From Kudoa neothunni (lineage: Eukaryota; Animalia; Cnidaria): a stretch of 64,000 bases of DNA. The position numbers and the translations under genes were made by a program. Below are positions 1-11,770 of this stretch, in pieces (position 1 is the first letter of the stretch; each line of letters begins with the position of its first letter). The notes beneath the pieces were generated by a model. That model worked only from the letters and a program-made list of their open reading frames with translations, was not told the origin of the DNA and searched no databases. The stretch spans positions 2,025,927 to 2,089,926 of the forward strand of contig OZ199838.1 of the NCBI GenBank assembly GCA_964304625.1, given 5' to 3'.

Positions 1-109
1 CACTTTTATATATTCAGAATATCAACAAAAAAAATTTACAAACTAAAAAAAGTATTGATAAATCCATTTATGGATTACAACAGTTTAGAAAGTAATTTTA
101 TATAATGAA

Positions 110-461
110 AATTAAAATGTTTTTGTGAAATGTGCAAATAGTTTATTTCCAAAGTTTTCCAATTTTTAGTTTTTAGATTTAAATTTCAAAAATCTCAAGT
201 AACAATAATACAAAACTTTTGAGCCATTTAATTATTAATAAAATGAGAATATTTAGTGTTTTGTTGAATCACGATGTAGATTGCACGTGTATTCGGCAAT
301 GATCGGGTGAAGTGTTGTGAAAATTTATAAATTTTCATTTTTGGGAAATATGTGATCTCGGTATTATTTTATCATATTATAAAAAATCACGAATAAATAA
401 AAAGATAAAACGCACGCAAGCCAGGATAGTGCATTTCATTTTCCGCACACTTACCATTACC
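110..461. repeat. Partial copy of a Merlin-type MITE (GGTAATGGTAA terminus)
   Basis: Ends in CCGCACACTTACCATTACC at 461, like the TIR of the element at 13429-13938. The body resembles 31900-32245. Confidence 0.6.
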
Positions 462-899
462 ATTTTGATTTGTAAAGTAATTGAACAGTTATAATTAGTA
501 TTGATTTTTTTATTATGTTAATTATTTTTTTAACTAAAAAGAAAAGAAGAAAATAATAAATTTAGAAGATAAGGAGCGTATTTCCAGAAACTATTAATTA
601 GAACCATGGTTATGTTTACGATTTTGTATTTTTATTATTTTGAAGGTATCATAAATCGATTAACATTTATTAGCTCTTTTCCTAATAAATAAAATAATGC
701 TGTATTAAAGGAATATTTGTTAACGTAAATACATATCATTACGCTAAATAGGTAGATGTAGTAAACATTATGGCTGAATGGTTAATGTCAAAAAATAATT
801 TGTATAAATTAGAAAAGTCATTTAAAATATAATAAAGGGATTTATTTTGTGTTATTATAGATATACAATATTTTACATCATATACTTATTATTAACAAT

Positions 900-1260
900 G
901 AGGACGTGCATCAAAAATATTAAATCACAACAATAATGTACGAAATAATGGCATGATATTTTAAAACTAAATTTTTAAATGTTCAAAATAAAAAAGAGAT
1001 TCGTCTATTTCAATTATGTAACCATCACCTCCAAATGTTTTTCTTTTATTAGATTCATCAACGCAAATTGACCGAATCTTCGAAGGCCAAAATTGCGTGG
1101 TTTTGGGATTGATATCAATTAAATCTGATACAGATTCGATCGTGTGGTCATGTTTCCAATAAGACAATATTTTCAGTATTTCCTTTACTGAAAGCTTTGA
1201 GAAATTGTTATTCGTTGGATACGTTGAGAAAAATGAATCCACAAAAAGGGATACACTTGT
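900..1260 (-). pseudogene. Merlin/ISXO2-like (IS1595 family) transposase fragment
   Basis: ORF 967-1242 contains KTFGGDGYIIEIDESLF, matching the ISXO2 GG..VEIDE motif. It is truncated and no TIR pair was found. Confidence 0.7.
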
Positions 1261-2694
1261 TTTAGATCTATTTAAATATTATAATATTACGTATAACACG
1301 TAGTTATTTTTTACAAATACACAAAAAACTTTCATAATTTGAATTAATTAGAGCTCCAGAATTAATATCGATAGTCCCATTTTGCTTAATCTTGTTTGTC
1401 CCTAACTTAAAAGTATTAAATCGCCAACAATTCTTGCATCTGGTTGGAGATCCATTTAGAAGTCCTTTTTCAATAAGAAATTTAATTAATTAGTGGTATT
1501 CGTTGATCAACAAGAAGAAATGATTGTCACTTGAAAAAAAATTATCCGCCATTTGACTCTCAGCGATTATGATTAATTTCATAGAAAGTAAACATAGAAT
1601 GAAAAGAAAAAAATATAAAGCCTATTTAATTCAAATGTTTTTATAGAAAGAAAAATAACTGCAAACAATTTTTAATGACTTCACATTGGCGCGAAAATAT
1701 AGAATTATATATTAGAGCATAAAAAAAACTTATTTCACAATTAAAATGTTCTTTTCGGTTAAACGAAATTTTTATATTTAGAATCTATATCATCCTCAAA
1801 TAAATTTAAAAAAATCATTTGGATGGAGCGATTTTTGGATTAACTGGGTTCGACTGTAATAAGTTAGTTACAACTTAAAAATCACTGAAAAAAAAGATTT
1901 AAAAATGAATAAACGTCTAGAATAGAATCAGACATTAACTCCTACGTCTTTGAGTCATGATGTTTAAGACAGTTGCCAAACTCTTCTAAATAAAATAAGA
2001 CAATCTCTGAAAGGCTTAATTTTTTATCAATAAAATCATCATCTGTTTCTGAATTATTTGGGAGGGACTGTCATTGTGACATTGTTATTTTTATGAATTA
2101 GGGAGGACATCATTATATACCACATTGATGTAACTATAAAAACTTACTAATAGTTTAATCGTGGTAAAAAGGAAAGAAAGCGCTTAATTTAATCCATCGA
2201 TCAAAGCAAAAGGATACGTACGACCAGTCCATTACTGTAAATGTTTTACGATTAATTCCACCTAAAATATTGGATCAACAAACATAATGAGATATAGTTT
2301 AAATTTTATTATGTATATGAGATATAAATTTGCAACCAAATCAATGAGGACTATTCGAAAAATAAAATTTATAATTAATTAAAATAAAATAAAGTTCGAA
2401 TTTTATGTAGATTTAAGTATCCCCTAACCCCTATAAAATTTCAACAATCGTCATAAATTATATATAAGTTTCTATTTGGTCAAAATATGTTTTAGTATTT
2501 ATTTTATATAACAAACTGATCATAAGGCTGGCCTATCATTATTTTATGGGAGTGATTATTTTCGGCTCATTGTCTCCACTCCAATGGGCCAAAAATAATT
2601 AAATATAGCAGAGTTTAAAAAAATTAACTTTATAGATCAACTATAAATGTGAGTTTAATATTTTTATTTTCTCATTATTGTTTAATGTAATATA

Positions 2695-3072
2695 CAGTAG
2701 GTAACCGGTTTCACGCAATTTTTTAGAGCTGAGTTTGTTGATAATTTTGTTGGTTTTTATTTTAATTATATTTTTTAAGATTGTAATGCTGATGAGGCAG
2801 AACAATTTGGCACGAATGGGGCACACGACGTGGAAGAACTCCCCAGCAACAAAAATATTACCTGAAAAAAGGCTTTACAATATTTGAAAGAATCAAAATA
2901 TTTATTTTGCATTATTGAATAATATAAAAATTTTTAAATGAATAGGTAGCAATAAAAAGTAAATTTCCCTTTAATATGCATGTGCATCAAAGGTATGTAG
3001 AACCGGACGTGACCAATTTCACACACTTTTTCCCAGGTCCCTAAAGAAGTGCGTGGAACCGGTTACCTATTG
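2695..3072. mobile_element. pogo/Tigger-type MITE, 378 bp
   Basis: TA|CAGTAGGTAACCGGTTTCACGCA ... TGCGTGGAACCGGTTACCTATTG|TA gives near-perfect TIRs with a TA target duplication. The TIR and the subterminal GGACGTGACCA motif are shared with 42736-43735. Confidence 0.85.
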
Positions 3073-3363
3073 TATATTATTTGTTGACCTCTGAATTTAA
3101 TCTAAAAAATGTTTAAAAACCATATAATCTTCATTTTATGAATATTGCCCAAAACTTTAAATTATTAAAATATGTTATTGTTAAGAAATTAACTCTACAT
3201 CAAAACATACCCCATATTTTGTATCGTAAATGCCACAAAAGCCTTATCTCAATCAGTGATCATTGATGGATTAACAAAACATGCTCAACAATAAAATTAT
3301 TACAAAATAAAAGAAAAAAATCAAAAAAATTGATAATTCAGCAGCACCAAGTTAGCCGATTGT

Positions 3364-5381
3364 CTAAGAAAGATTCCAAACGAATTGATGGGGATTTTCG
3401 TGATATTCACCCTTGTAATGTGTGGCGGGGGAGTTAGTTACATTGGTGGAACTGCTGGAAGAACTGATTCGTCCATACGGTCCAGAATTATTGATACCAG
3501 CTTGAAAACAGTTCGAAAACACACTCACATGATCTTCGGTAGAGCTGGTATTGTTTGCAACATAGTTATTATTATACGTCGAATTATAATATAGATTTTT
3601 ATCGTAAAAATCAGAGGGAAATGAACGATAATTGCATGCTGCGGGGTTAGGAATCACATTAACAGCAGCGGATTCATTCGAAGTCAGATTTTCATCATTG
3701 TAAATTCTACAACCAAATAATGAAGAAAATTACAAATTCGATACTACAAATCAGATTTAATTCTGATGGCGGAAATATTAGTCAGTTGATCCAATCAAAA
3801 AGTACCTTAGGGGGAAATAAACACACACAATGTGTTGAGGTTGTTTGTCAACATTAAAAATCAAATGACCTCTCAATTTACACACTACAAAATTGCCATT
3901 ATTTGAGCGTAGACGTATGGTTGATGAAATAACATGACATTTTTGCAACACTAAATACACCACCGTAAAAAGTTCGCTCCGTCCATCAATAAAAACGCTA
4001 TACCTTCAGTGTGAAAGGTTTTCACTTTGAGCAAATCGCTAAAATTCACGCACGTATATAATGATTTTGGCGTGAAATCCTTGTCCTGGCCGTGGAAAAA
4101 TCCCGACAAACTAAGCAAACAAATTCATTATAGCACATAAAATTAAGCGCCAATTCACCTATCACTGCACCACAAAAAAGACAAATCAAGCTTGTGCTGC
4201 GACACATAAGCGGTTGGCATCAACGTAAATATCTGCAGTGATGGCGTAAACAGTGGAATTATAAATCCTGAAAAATGATTGGATGGTTTTAATCCATCCC
4301 CCACTTTAACAATTTTACCAATAAGATTCATCGTCTAAAAGCAATAAATATGTTCTTAAATAAATTATCTCTCACACACACTAAGATCTTACACTAAACA
4401 CACTAGAAGTGAATTTGTAAAATTTTTTATTTTTAACTGTACAGTGTTTGAATCTCAAATTCATATTTACATAGGTGAAATCGTATTGACCTAAATTCGA
4501 TTAGTTATTTGTTGGTTTTAATTGAACAAAATTAAAAAAAAAAATTTTCATGTCACGTGCGCACGCAACCACAGGAAGTAACAATGAAAGATTTAGATGG
4601 CAGTGCGCACGATCTAGCTGGAGAGACAGCGTAGTCACGTCTTCCAACTACATTGCGATAAGTGTGTATCTACTTAGCAAGTCGTGATGAGTTTCACACG
4701 GATTATCTGAAGACTCCTCGTCCTTAATTTTAATTGTGTATTTGAGCTTTGGCTCGCTTAAACTGCCGATTGCACTTGGTTTCAACAACTGAGACAACTC
4801 CATCGAATCCACAGGATGGATATAATCGAAAATATTCTCTCCAATAAATTCATTCTAAAAAAAATCGTAAAAAAGTTATCAACCAAATAAAACCAACCAA
4901 AAGAATAGTTGGGTTTGATTAATTACCAATGGAATTCCGGTGATATCCTGAATTCGATTGGATGCAAAGATAACATCACCCGAAATTGATAACATAATAA
5001 AAAATGCCATATTATGCGTTTTGAAGAATTTCTCCTCCACCGATATGGAACCTACAAAACAATTCGAATCAACGATCATTCAAATAACCAGCAGATCCGA
5101 TGAAAAATATCACTTTTTTGACTTATCATCATTGGGGGAATATTCAAATATTGTTGTTGAAGAAATGTGGATTTAAACAAATTCACACTACTACTGTTAC
5201 GTAGGCAGTGTTTCATTTGAACGTAGTTATAGGCCAAACGTAATATTGTCACGTCATCAGATATACCTTTGCTAACGAATGAGTCAATATTTATCAATTC
5301 ACCCACGTTTATCAGCTCTTGTTTGGCAATCGATCGCCTTTTCTTTGCGCTTGAGTTCTGATCAACATTCAAACTACTCAT
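3364..5381 (-). CDS. Class I bHLH-PAS transcription factor, HIF-alpha-like (multi-exon)
   Basis: bHLH AKKRRSIAKQEL...DDVTILRLAYNYVQMK; PAS-A FFIMLSISGDVIFAS...GENIFDYIHPVD; PAS-B YVSQHKLDLSFLWCSD (HIF1A FLSRHSLDMKFSYCDE); PAC KQPQHIVCVYFPL (HIF1A SQPQCIVCVNYVV). Exons join via phase-compatible GT-AG introns, but splicing at 4490-4690 is ambiguous. Confidence 0.8.
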
Positions 5382-6518
5382 AGTAGTATTAGTTCTTAGG
5401 ATCGATTGTTATCAGCGATTAGCAATAATAAACAGATTATCACCAATTTAATATATTTTGTAATTGGGAATATTCTAAAAAATTAATCAAGTCCATTCAT
5501 AACTAGGTGGGCTGAATGTGAGTTGGTTGGAGGCATTGTTGAGTTTTTCTATATTTTATAGCCAAAATGTGGAATCAATTAAAAATTATATTCAGGTGAC
5601 AATTTATTTAAGCGGATTATCTTAGCTGGGTGTTTACAGTAAGTATTTCCTAATCACGTGCTGATTCTTGGATATCAGAAGTAACTACTTTTATCTCGAA
5701 GATTGGAGGTTATTCTTTTGGAAATTTCAATCCTATTTTCGAATTCTAACTAATTGATTTTTTGGTGGAGCAAAAATTTTAATTAAATATACTTGGTGGT
5801 GGATTAAATTTAAAATTAATCCCTTGTAAGGATGATTAAAATTAGCACTTATAATCCAAGCGTGGTGTATAGTGCATAGTTATTTCGATTGTAACAGTTT
5901 ATTTGTCATTTGAGTTCAATTAAAAGCTTATAGTGTGATTGAATTGTGATTAACAGTAAATTTTAAATTATGGTTCTGCTTGATAACTCCTTTGAAAGTT
6001 GAAATGTTTTTTGATAATATTACCAAAATTAAGAGGATTCTTAGTGATATCAGAAAATTTTTACTCAAAATAATTTTTTTAATTTTCACTTATAATGGAT
6101 GTTAAAGATAAATGAATGATAAACTTTAATAACAAATCTAAAAACATTCGAATCTTCTACATTACATTTTAATTACACTTCAATGATGTATTTAGTCTTT
6201 ATTGGATCAATATCCCATCCTATATCAAAGGCGATATTCTGCTCAATGTTTTTGGTCCAATGTTATTTTCCCTCATATACGTTCTATTATGGACCTTTTG
6301 TAGTTTTATTTTTTTCTTGAACGAATTGTGTGCGAGCAATATCGATAAATTTCGACAATTAGATTTATACGTTTTTATGTAAAAAAATGAGTATTTTATT
6401 TAGTTTGATTTGCCGGTAAAAATATTAAAATTAATGTTTGTTATAGAAATTAATTGGTGACAATTTATTAAAATTCTTCCAGATTTTAAAAACAAATCAG
6501 ATTATAATAAAATAAATA

Positions 6519-6600
6519 CAGTGCAACCTCGGACGGACTACGATCATAATCAGTTCTAAATGTGTGTTTGAATTCCGAATAATTTCTCCATTGCGAAATA
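6519..6600 (+). repeat. Terminal fragment of a Tc1/mariner-pogo-type repeat (TA|CAGTGCAACCTCGGA)
   Basis: The same terminus occurs in reverse at about 17270-17288 and degenerate at about 42518. Confidence 0.55.
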
Positions 6601-6783
6601 ACCATGGACTCCACGAGCCCATCTTTCTATTATTTTAGAAATAAATTTTAATAATGAACTTGTAATATTCTGCGTATTTTCCCAAGAATTTCACTTGATT
6701 TAAAAAAAATGTATTATTTATCGCCTGATGTAATCAAATGGATCAAAGTCCCGATGAAAATACTCAAAATGTAACGAACTTAA

Positions 6784-9197
6784 CCCTTTCGACCCGAAAA
6801 AAAAAATAAAAATTGAGAAAACATATTTACCATTATATATCATTTCTAGATACAAAATTAAAATGGAATACACGATCTTTGATTTAAAAGGTTTTATAAA
6901 TAATCAAATAACTACATGATGCCATATGGCATCATTCGGCGACTCAAATTGTAAGATAGTTGTCATTACGCATGCGTTTATATTAAGCGAATATAAAAAA
7001 CACTGATTTTATCAAAATAACTTAAAATTTACATATTAAACAATGAAAATTTATTTAGCATGATATGAAACAAAACAATTTTTGCCACTATTGAGACATA
7101 GATGCAAGTTACATTTAATGAAAAAGGTTCCGCAATACATGCCGCATGATTTGCACCTTTTTTTGGTTTGATCCATGTCTGGAAAATGAAAATATCCATC
7201 AAAATGAGCGTTGGAGGTTATTCCACTCTCACTAGTTTTATACCTTCTAGCGACTAAGATTGGAGTACTTAAAATCTTTGTTGAAGCAGACGGTCGACCT
7301 CTCTTTGGGATTAAGCTGACATTTTGACCAAAAAAAAAGCAAGTCTTCGCTTACTTCGATGCAAAACTCTTGCAAATCCATCATGTGTTAGGTTTTTACA
7401 CCAAGCAAATTACATTGCCTTCGGTAGAGAAGCCATCCATTTAGAAGGCACAGATTTAAACACCAAAAAAATATTCGGTTATACCATTTGCATGATTTGT
7501 GGTCCAAACGATACGAGGCCATTAGCATGTCAAATAAATCAACACCACCCATGTGTTTGTTGTACATTTTGACCATGTTGGGATAGGTTATCGTTATCAT
7601 ATTCTTTGCTTTCTTGTCGAATCTAGGTATAGATGAGAGAGGAAACGCAGGGTAATTGGTTGACGATATGTTAACAATAGACCCATCAAGCCAGCTTAAA
7701 ACGTTAATTTTGGTCCCATTCAAATGGTAGATTCCAAACTCGAAACTTCCTCGCTCTAACTTTTTCATATGTTTGTCATCCTTGAAGGGGCATTTATCCA
7801 TGCGATTTTTTCTGATGGTGGAGGTTGAGAAATAACCGCGTGTTAATAATTTGTCATGTAGACTAAAACTTGAGAAATAATTATCGTAATATATATGATA
7901 TGTTTTGTCGAGTAGAGTCTCGCAGAGTTTCATAACAATATCGGATGATTTGCTCCCAGTGCTTGTTTGGGGAATAATTGCAGGCTCACCATCAAAAAAG
8001 AAATCATGGATTATTCCACCTGCGCCGTTTCTTGTGTTAACTTTGAAATCCCATTTTGTAGGTTTTGATGGAAGGTAACGTTTTAAATTTGATTTACCTT
8101 TGAATGGGATCATCTGTTCGTCAATCGACTGGTTGTACTCAGGTTCGACTTCCAAACATGCTCGTCTTATTATATTAAGGACAGGCTTTATTTTATAAAA
8201 TCGGTCTTATCCAGAATGGCCCGGTGATGTTACGGCGTTGTTGTTATCGCAAAAATGAAGATACCGTAGTAGTAGCAGCCAGAACCTATCTCTGGTCATT
8301 CGCTCAACTGTAGTATTGTAGCTCAGCTTTTTCGACCAATAATTTTTGTACCTTGGCATTTTTACAATTGACATACGTATGAAAATCCCGATGAGCAAAC
8401 GAATTTCTTCAACCGCTGTTTTAAATGTTGAATTTAAGACAGAAGAATATTTATTTGTTTCATTAGTTCTCAACTCAAATAGCTCATCAGTAAAGAACCG
8501 ATTAAAATAAGAATTAGAATATGAAACCATAATGGTATTGTCGATATCTTTAAACGATAATTCAGATTCATTTAATTGTGGCATTTCGATGAACTCATTA
8601 AAAATCCATCCTGTCTCTGAGACGGTCTCTTCTAAGTCACTTTCGTTTTCAGAAAAGGAGCAGTCACTTGAAGAAATATTGTTTTCATCATTATCAGATT
8701 GATTTTCGGCATCATACTTGTCAGGGTCAGGAAGCAGCACCAATTGTTTTACTACTCTATCTGATTTTGTTTTTTTCACGACAAAATTGGCATCCATCAC
8801 TAATCTTCACCCGATATCGTATGCGCTCCGAATGATGCCATATGGCACCATTCGTTGTTTCATCTCCCGAACCCGCTATACATCATTATTTTTTAAATTC
8901 GATCTAATTTTTAAAATTTATTTGCTTAATAATAAATGATTATATTTTTTATTCTAAAAAATATAGATTCGCTATTTTCGTAAATATCAATACAATAATC
9001 TATTATTTGTTAACGCCGTTCACGCTATTTGTTTCCTATTTTGTAATGAATAAACGACATAAAATTCTAAAATTTATTTAATAAAGCATGTGTTATATTT
9101 TTATACAGCGCTAGATTTAAACTATACATACAAAAATGGAATAGATATTCCGACATCAATCTGATGATGCCATATGGCATCATTCGGGTCGAAAGGG
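6784..9197 (-). mobile_element. Full-length piggyBac element, 2.4 kb
   Basis: TTAA|CCCTTTCGACCCGAA ... TTCGGGTCGAAAGGG|TTAA gives perfect 15-bp TIRs and a TTAA duplication. The palindrome ATGATGCCATATGGCATCAT occurs at about 6916, 8832 (one mismatch) and 9164. Confidence 0.95.
7051..8800 (-). pseudogene. piggyBac DDD transposase, inactivated
   Basis: Motifs SIDEQMIPFKG, YYDNYF and MGGVDLFD, plus a C-terminal Cys-rich domain RCKSC...KCNLHLC...NCFVSYH. There are in-frame TAA stops at about 8207 and 7388 and a frameshift in a poly-T run near 7335. Confidence 0.9.
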
Positions 9198-9214
9198 TTA
9201 ACAACAAAATAATA

Positions 9215-11262
9215 CAGTCGAGATTGGATATTGCGTGGGTTTCTGGGACCAACAAAAACCCACGCAATAAAAAATTTTTACGCAATATCCAGACCTTTGC
9301 GTGCGCATTGTACTATAAAATATGATTTTTTCGTGTTTACGTCCGATGCCAATTAGTGAAAATCAAATTTTTATATATAAATATATTATTTAATTAAATG
9401 AAATGTGATTTATCAAATTTTGTCGAAAAAGCTTGTAATTTTAGTTTGTCGGAATCTTTCTCTTGATATTTTTAAAACTCGGTCCATTATGGGATGTAAA
9501 TCAAACAATCCCCTCGGATCCTCTTTAATAAAAGCTTCCCTCAGAACGTTCACTGCATTTTTCATTTGATTAATTGAAACTTTGATGTCTTCAATGATTG
9601 ATTCGCTATCGTCAGATTCGTCACTTATGGGCAATAAGTCCTCATTATTTTCTTCCTCGCATGTTGCTTCATAATCGTCATCAAACATATTTTCTGAATC
9701 TTCGATTTCATCTAGAAAAAATTAATTACGTATACGTTAAATATTACCTTGAGAACAGTTGCTGATTTGAGGTATCTCACTCACATCTTCTTGGTCTATA
9801 AACTGATAATAACTTTATTGTCGTAATTTTATTTAATACCTCCAAATATTTTTGATTTTTTAAAGCAATTAATAATAATTTGCGGCGGAATACTTTCCCA
9901 ACATTTAGTTAATGTTATCATTGAGTCAAGCAATGTATATTTTTTTATGATAGAATCTTCGCATAAAACCATTCGCTCGGTCATTGAACTTTTGTACCTG
10001 CTTTTAAGGCAGCGAATGATGCCTCCTAAATCAAGGGGTTGTAAAATACTAGTTGTATTTTTAGGTAAGAACAAAAATTTGATATTTTCAAAGCAATCAA
10101 TATTTTTTGGATGGCCTGGACATTGGTCCAACAAAATTAAGACTTTTCTATTCTGATTTATCATCCTTCGGTTAAACTTTTTCATTATTTCGATAAATAT
10201 ACTAGAAGTCATCCATGCACTTTTTTGTGCATAATATTCACAAGGGAGGTGTTTGACTCTTTTAAAACATCTAGGATTTTGAAATTTCCCGATAACAACT
10301 AATGGGAACTTATCCCCATTTAAAGCTGAGGACAGTAAAACAGTCACCCTTTTTTTGGATAATTTTTTCCCCTTAATCCCGACTTCCTCCTTTAAAACGT
10401 AACTACTATTTTGTAACTGCTCATAATAAAGAGCAGTTTCGTCGATGTTAATAACGTCTTTTGGATTATATGCTCTAATCAAATCAATGTTCTCAATAAT
10501 CCATGAGTCGACAGATGCAACATCTGCACTCGCAGCCTCGCCATGGAACTTTTTGAAAACTATCCCATATCTTGACTTGAACCCTGCAAGCCATCCCTTG
10601 CTGGCTTTAAAATTGGAAACTTTGTTTTCATTTGCAATATAAGAAGCTTTTTTGATAATGGCATCTCCTGACAGAACGTTACCATTCGACCGTTGTTTAA
10701 CAAACCAATCATACACTTCATCGTCTATATTTTTGAATCTGCCTGCCGAATGTCTCTTCCTTTTACTTTCAATATCTGTATTTTTGAATTTATCTTCGTG
10801 CGAAAGAATTCTATCAAGTGTTGAATGACCTTAAATGTGATTTTACAATACTATTCATTAGAAGACTACTATACCACTCAATTTAAACTTGGAAATTGTC
10901 ATTGATTTCGCACCCTTCAACGTTTTTATTGAATTGTAGTAATGGATGATTTCCATTTTCTCTGAAATATTGCGTTGTTCACGGGACATAATGAAAAAAC
11001 ACTATCTGAATTAAACCAATTGACCACAAAAAACCACGCAATAACGAGTCACGCTGCGCCTAACAACCACGCAATAAAAAATTTCCACGCAATAACGAGA
11101 CTTTTTGTATTAATAAATTTTTTTAAATTTTTTGTTAACAAATATTTTTACATTACAATAAGATAATAACAATTTGAAAAAACTAAATTTCTCTCTTTAA
11201 AGGATAACTTTAAAAATCTCTAATTACGCAATATCCAGTCACGCAATATCCAATCTCGACTG
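9215..11262 (-). mobile_element. Full-length pogo/Tigger DNA transposon, 2048 bp
   Basis: TA|CAGTCGAGATTGGATATTGCGTG ... CACGCAATATCCAATCTCGACTG|TA gives perfect 23-bp TIRs and a TA duplication. (C/T)ACGCAATA subterminal motifs repeat at both ends. Confidence 0.95.
9413..10989 (-). CDS. pogo/Tigger (CENP-B HTH + DDE_1) transposase, four exons, apparently intact
   Basis: ATG at 10989. Removing GT-AG introns 10830-10874 (45 nt), 9796-9839 (44 nt) and 9712-9747 (36 nt) gives one continuous frame. Motifs: FKASKGWLAGFKSR, NIDETAL, LLDQCPGH, LQPLD, and a C-terminal PIP-box-like QTKITSFF. Confidence 0.88.
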
Positions 11263-11391
11263 TATAAAGATCAATCCAATGTTTCCCAGTGTGGGGCGGG
11301 GCGGGACGGGTAAAGGAAATTTTTGAACCGCTCTGGCTGGACGCGGAAAATCCTGAATACTGATGTGGCACGGATAATCACACATCATACA

Positions 11392-11770
11392 CAGTATTTC
11401 AACGTCAACTTGTAGTCGACGCACGCAATAGAATAAAATGTCTCCCATTCTGTTTAATTGAGATTAAAAATTTCAACTATTTTGATGATTATTTATCAAC
11501 AAATATTTTTCTTTGATTTAATGAATACGAAAACAGCCATCATATAATTTTATCATGGTAGATTATTTAATTTACAAACTCAAACGAATAATTTCATCGT
11601 TGGGTTTCGTATCCATAAATCTTAAAATGGCGCCAAATCACAGGGATTACCCTAAAAACATAAAATACACTGATTGAATGTGTTTTTGTTACCATAAAAC
11701 CACTAATTTTGACAAAATTTGTGATCTAATGTTGTCGCATGCGCAACATGCGATTTGATGTTAAATACTG
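11392..11770. mobile_element. Possible degenerate CAGT-terminated MITE
   Basis: CAGTATTTCAACGTCAA at the left and TTGATGTTAAATACTG|TA at the right are imperfect inverted repeats. The left TA is missing. Confidence 0.4.

Noticed and set aside
8155-8210. Stop-codon readthrough or an alternative genetic code in the piggyBac ORF
   Set aside because: Host genes end with TAA or TAG normally and the element has other lesions, so ordinary decay explains it.
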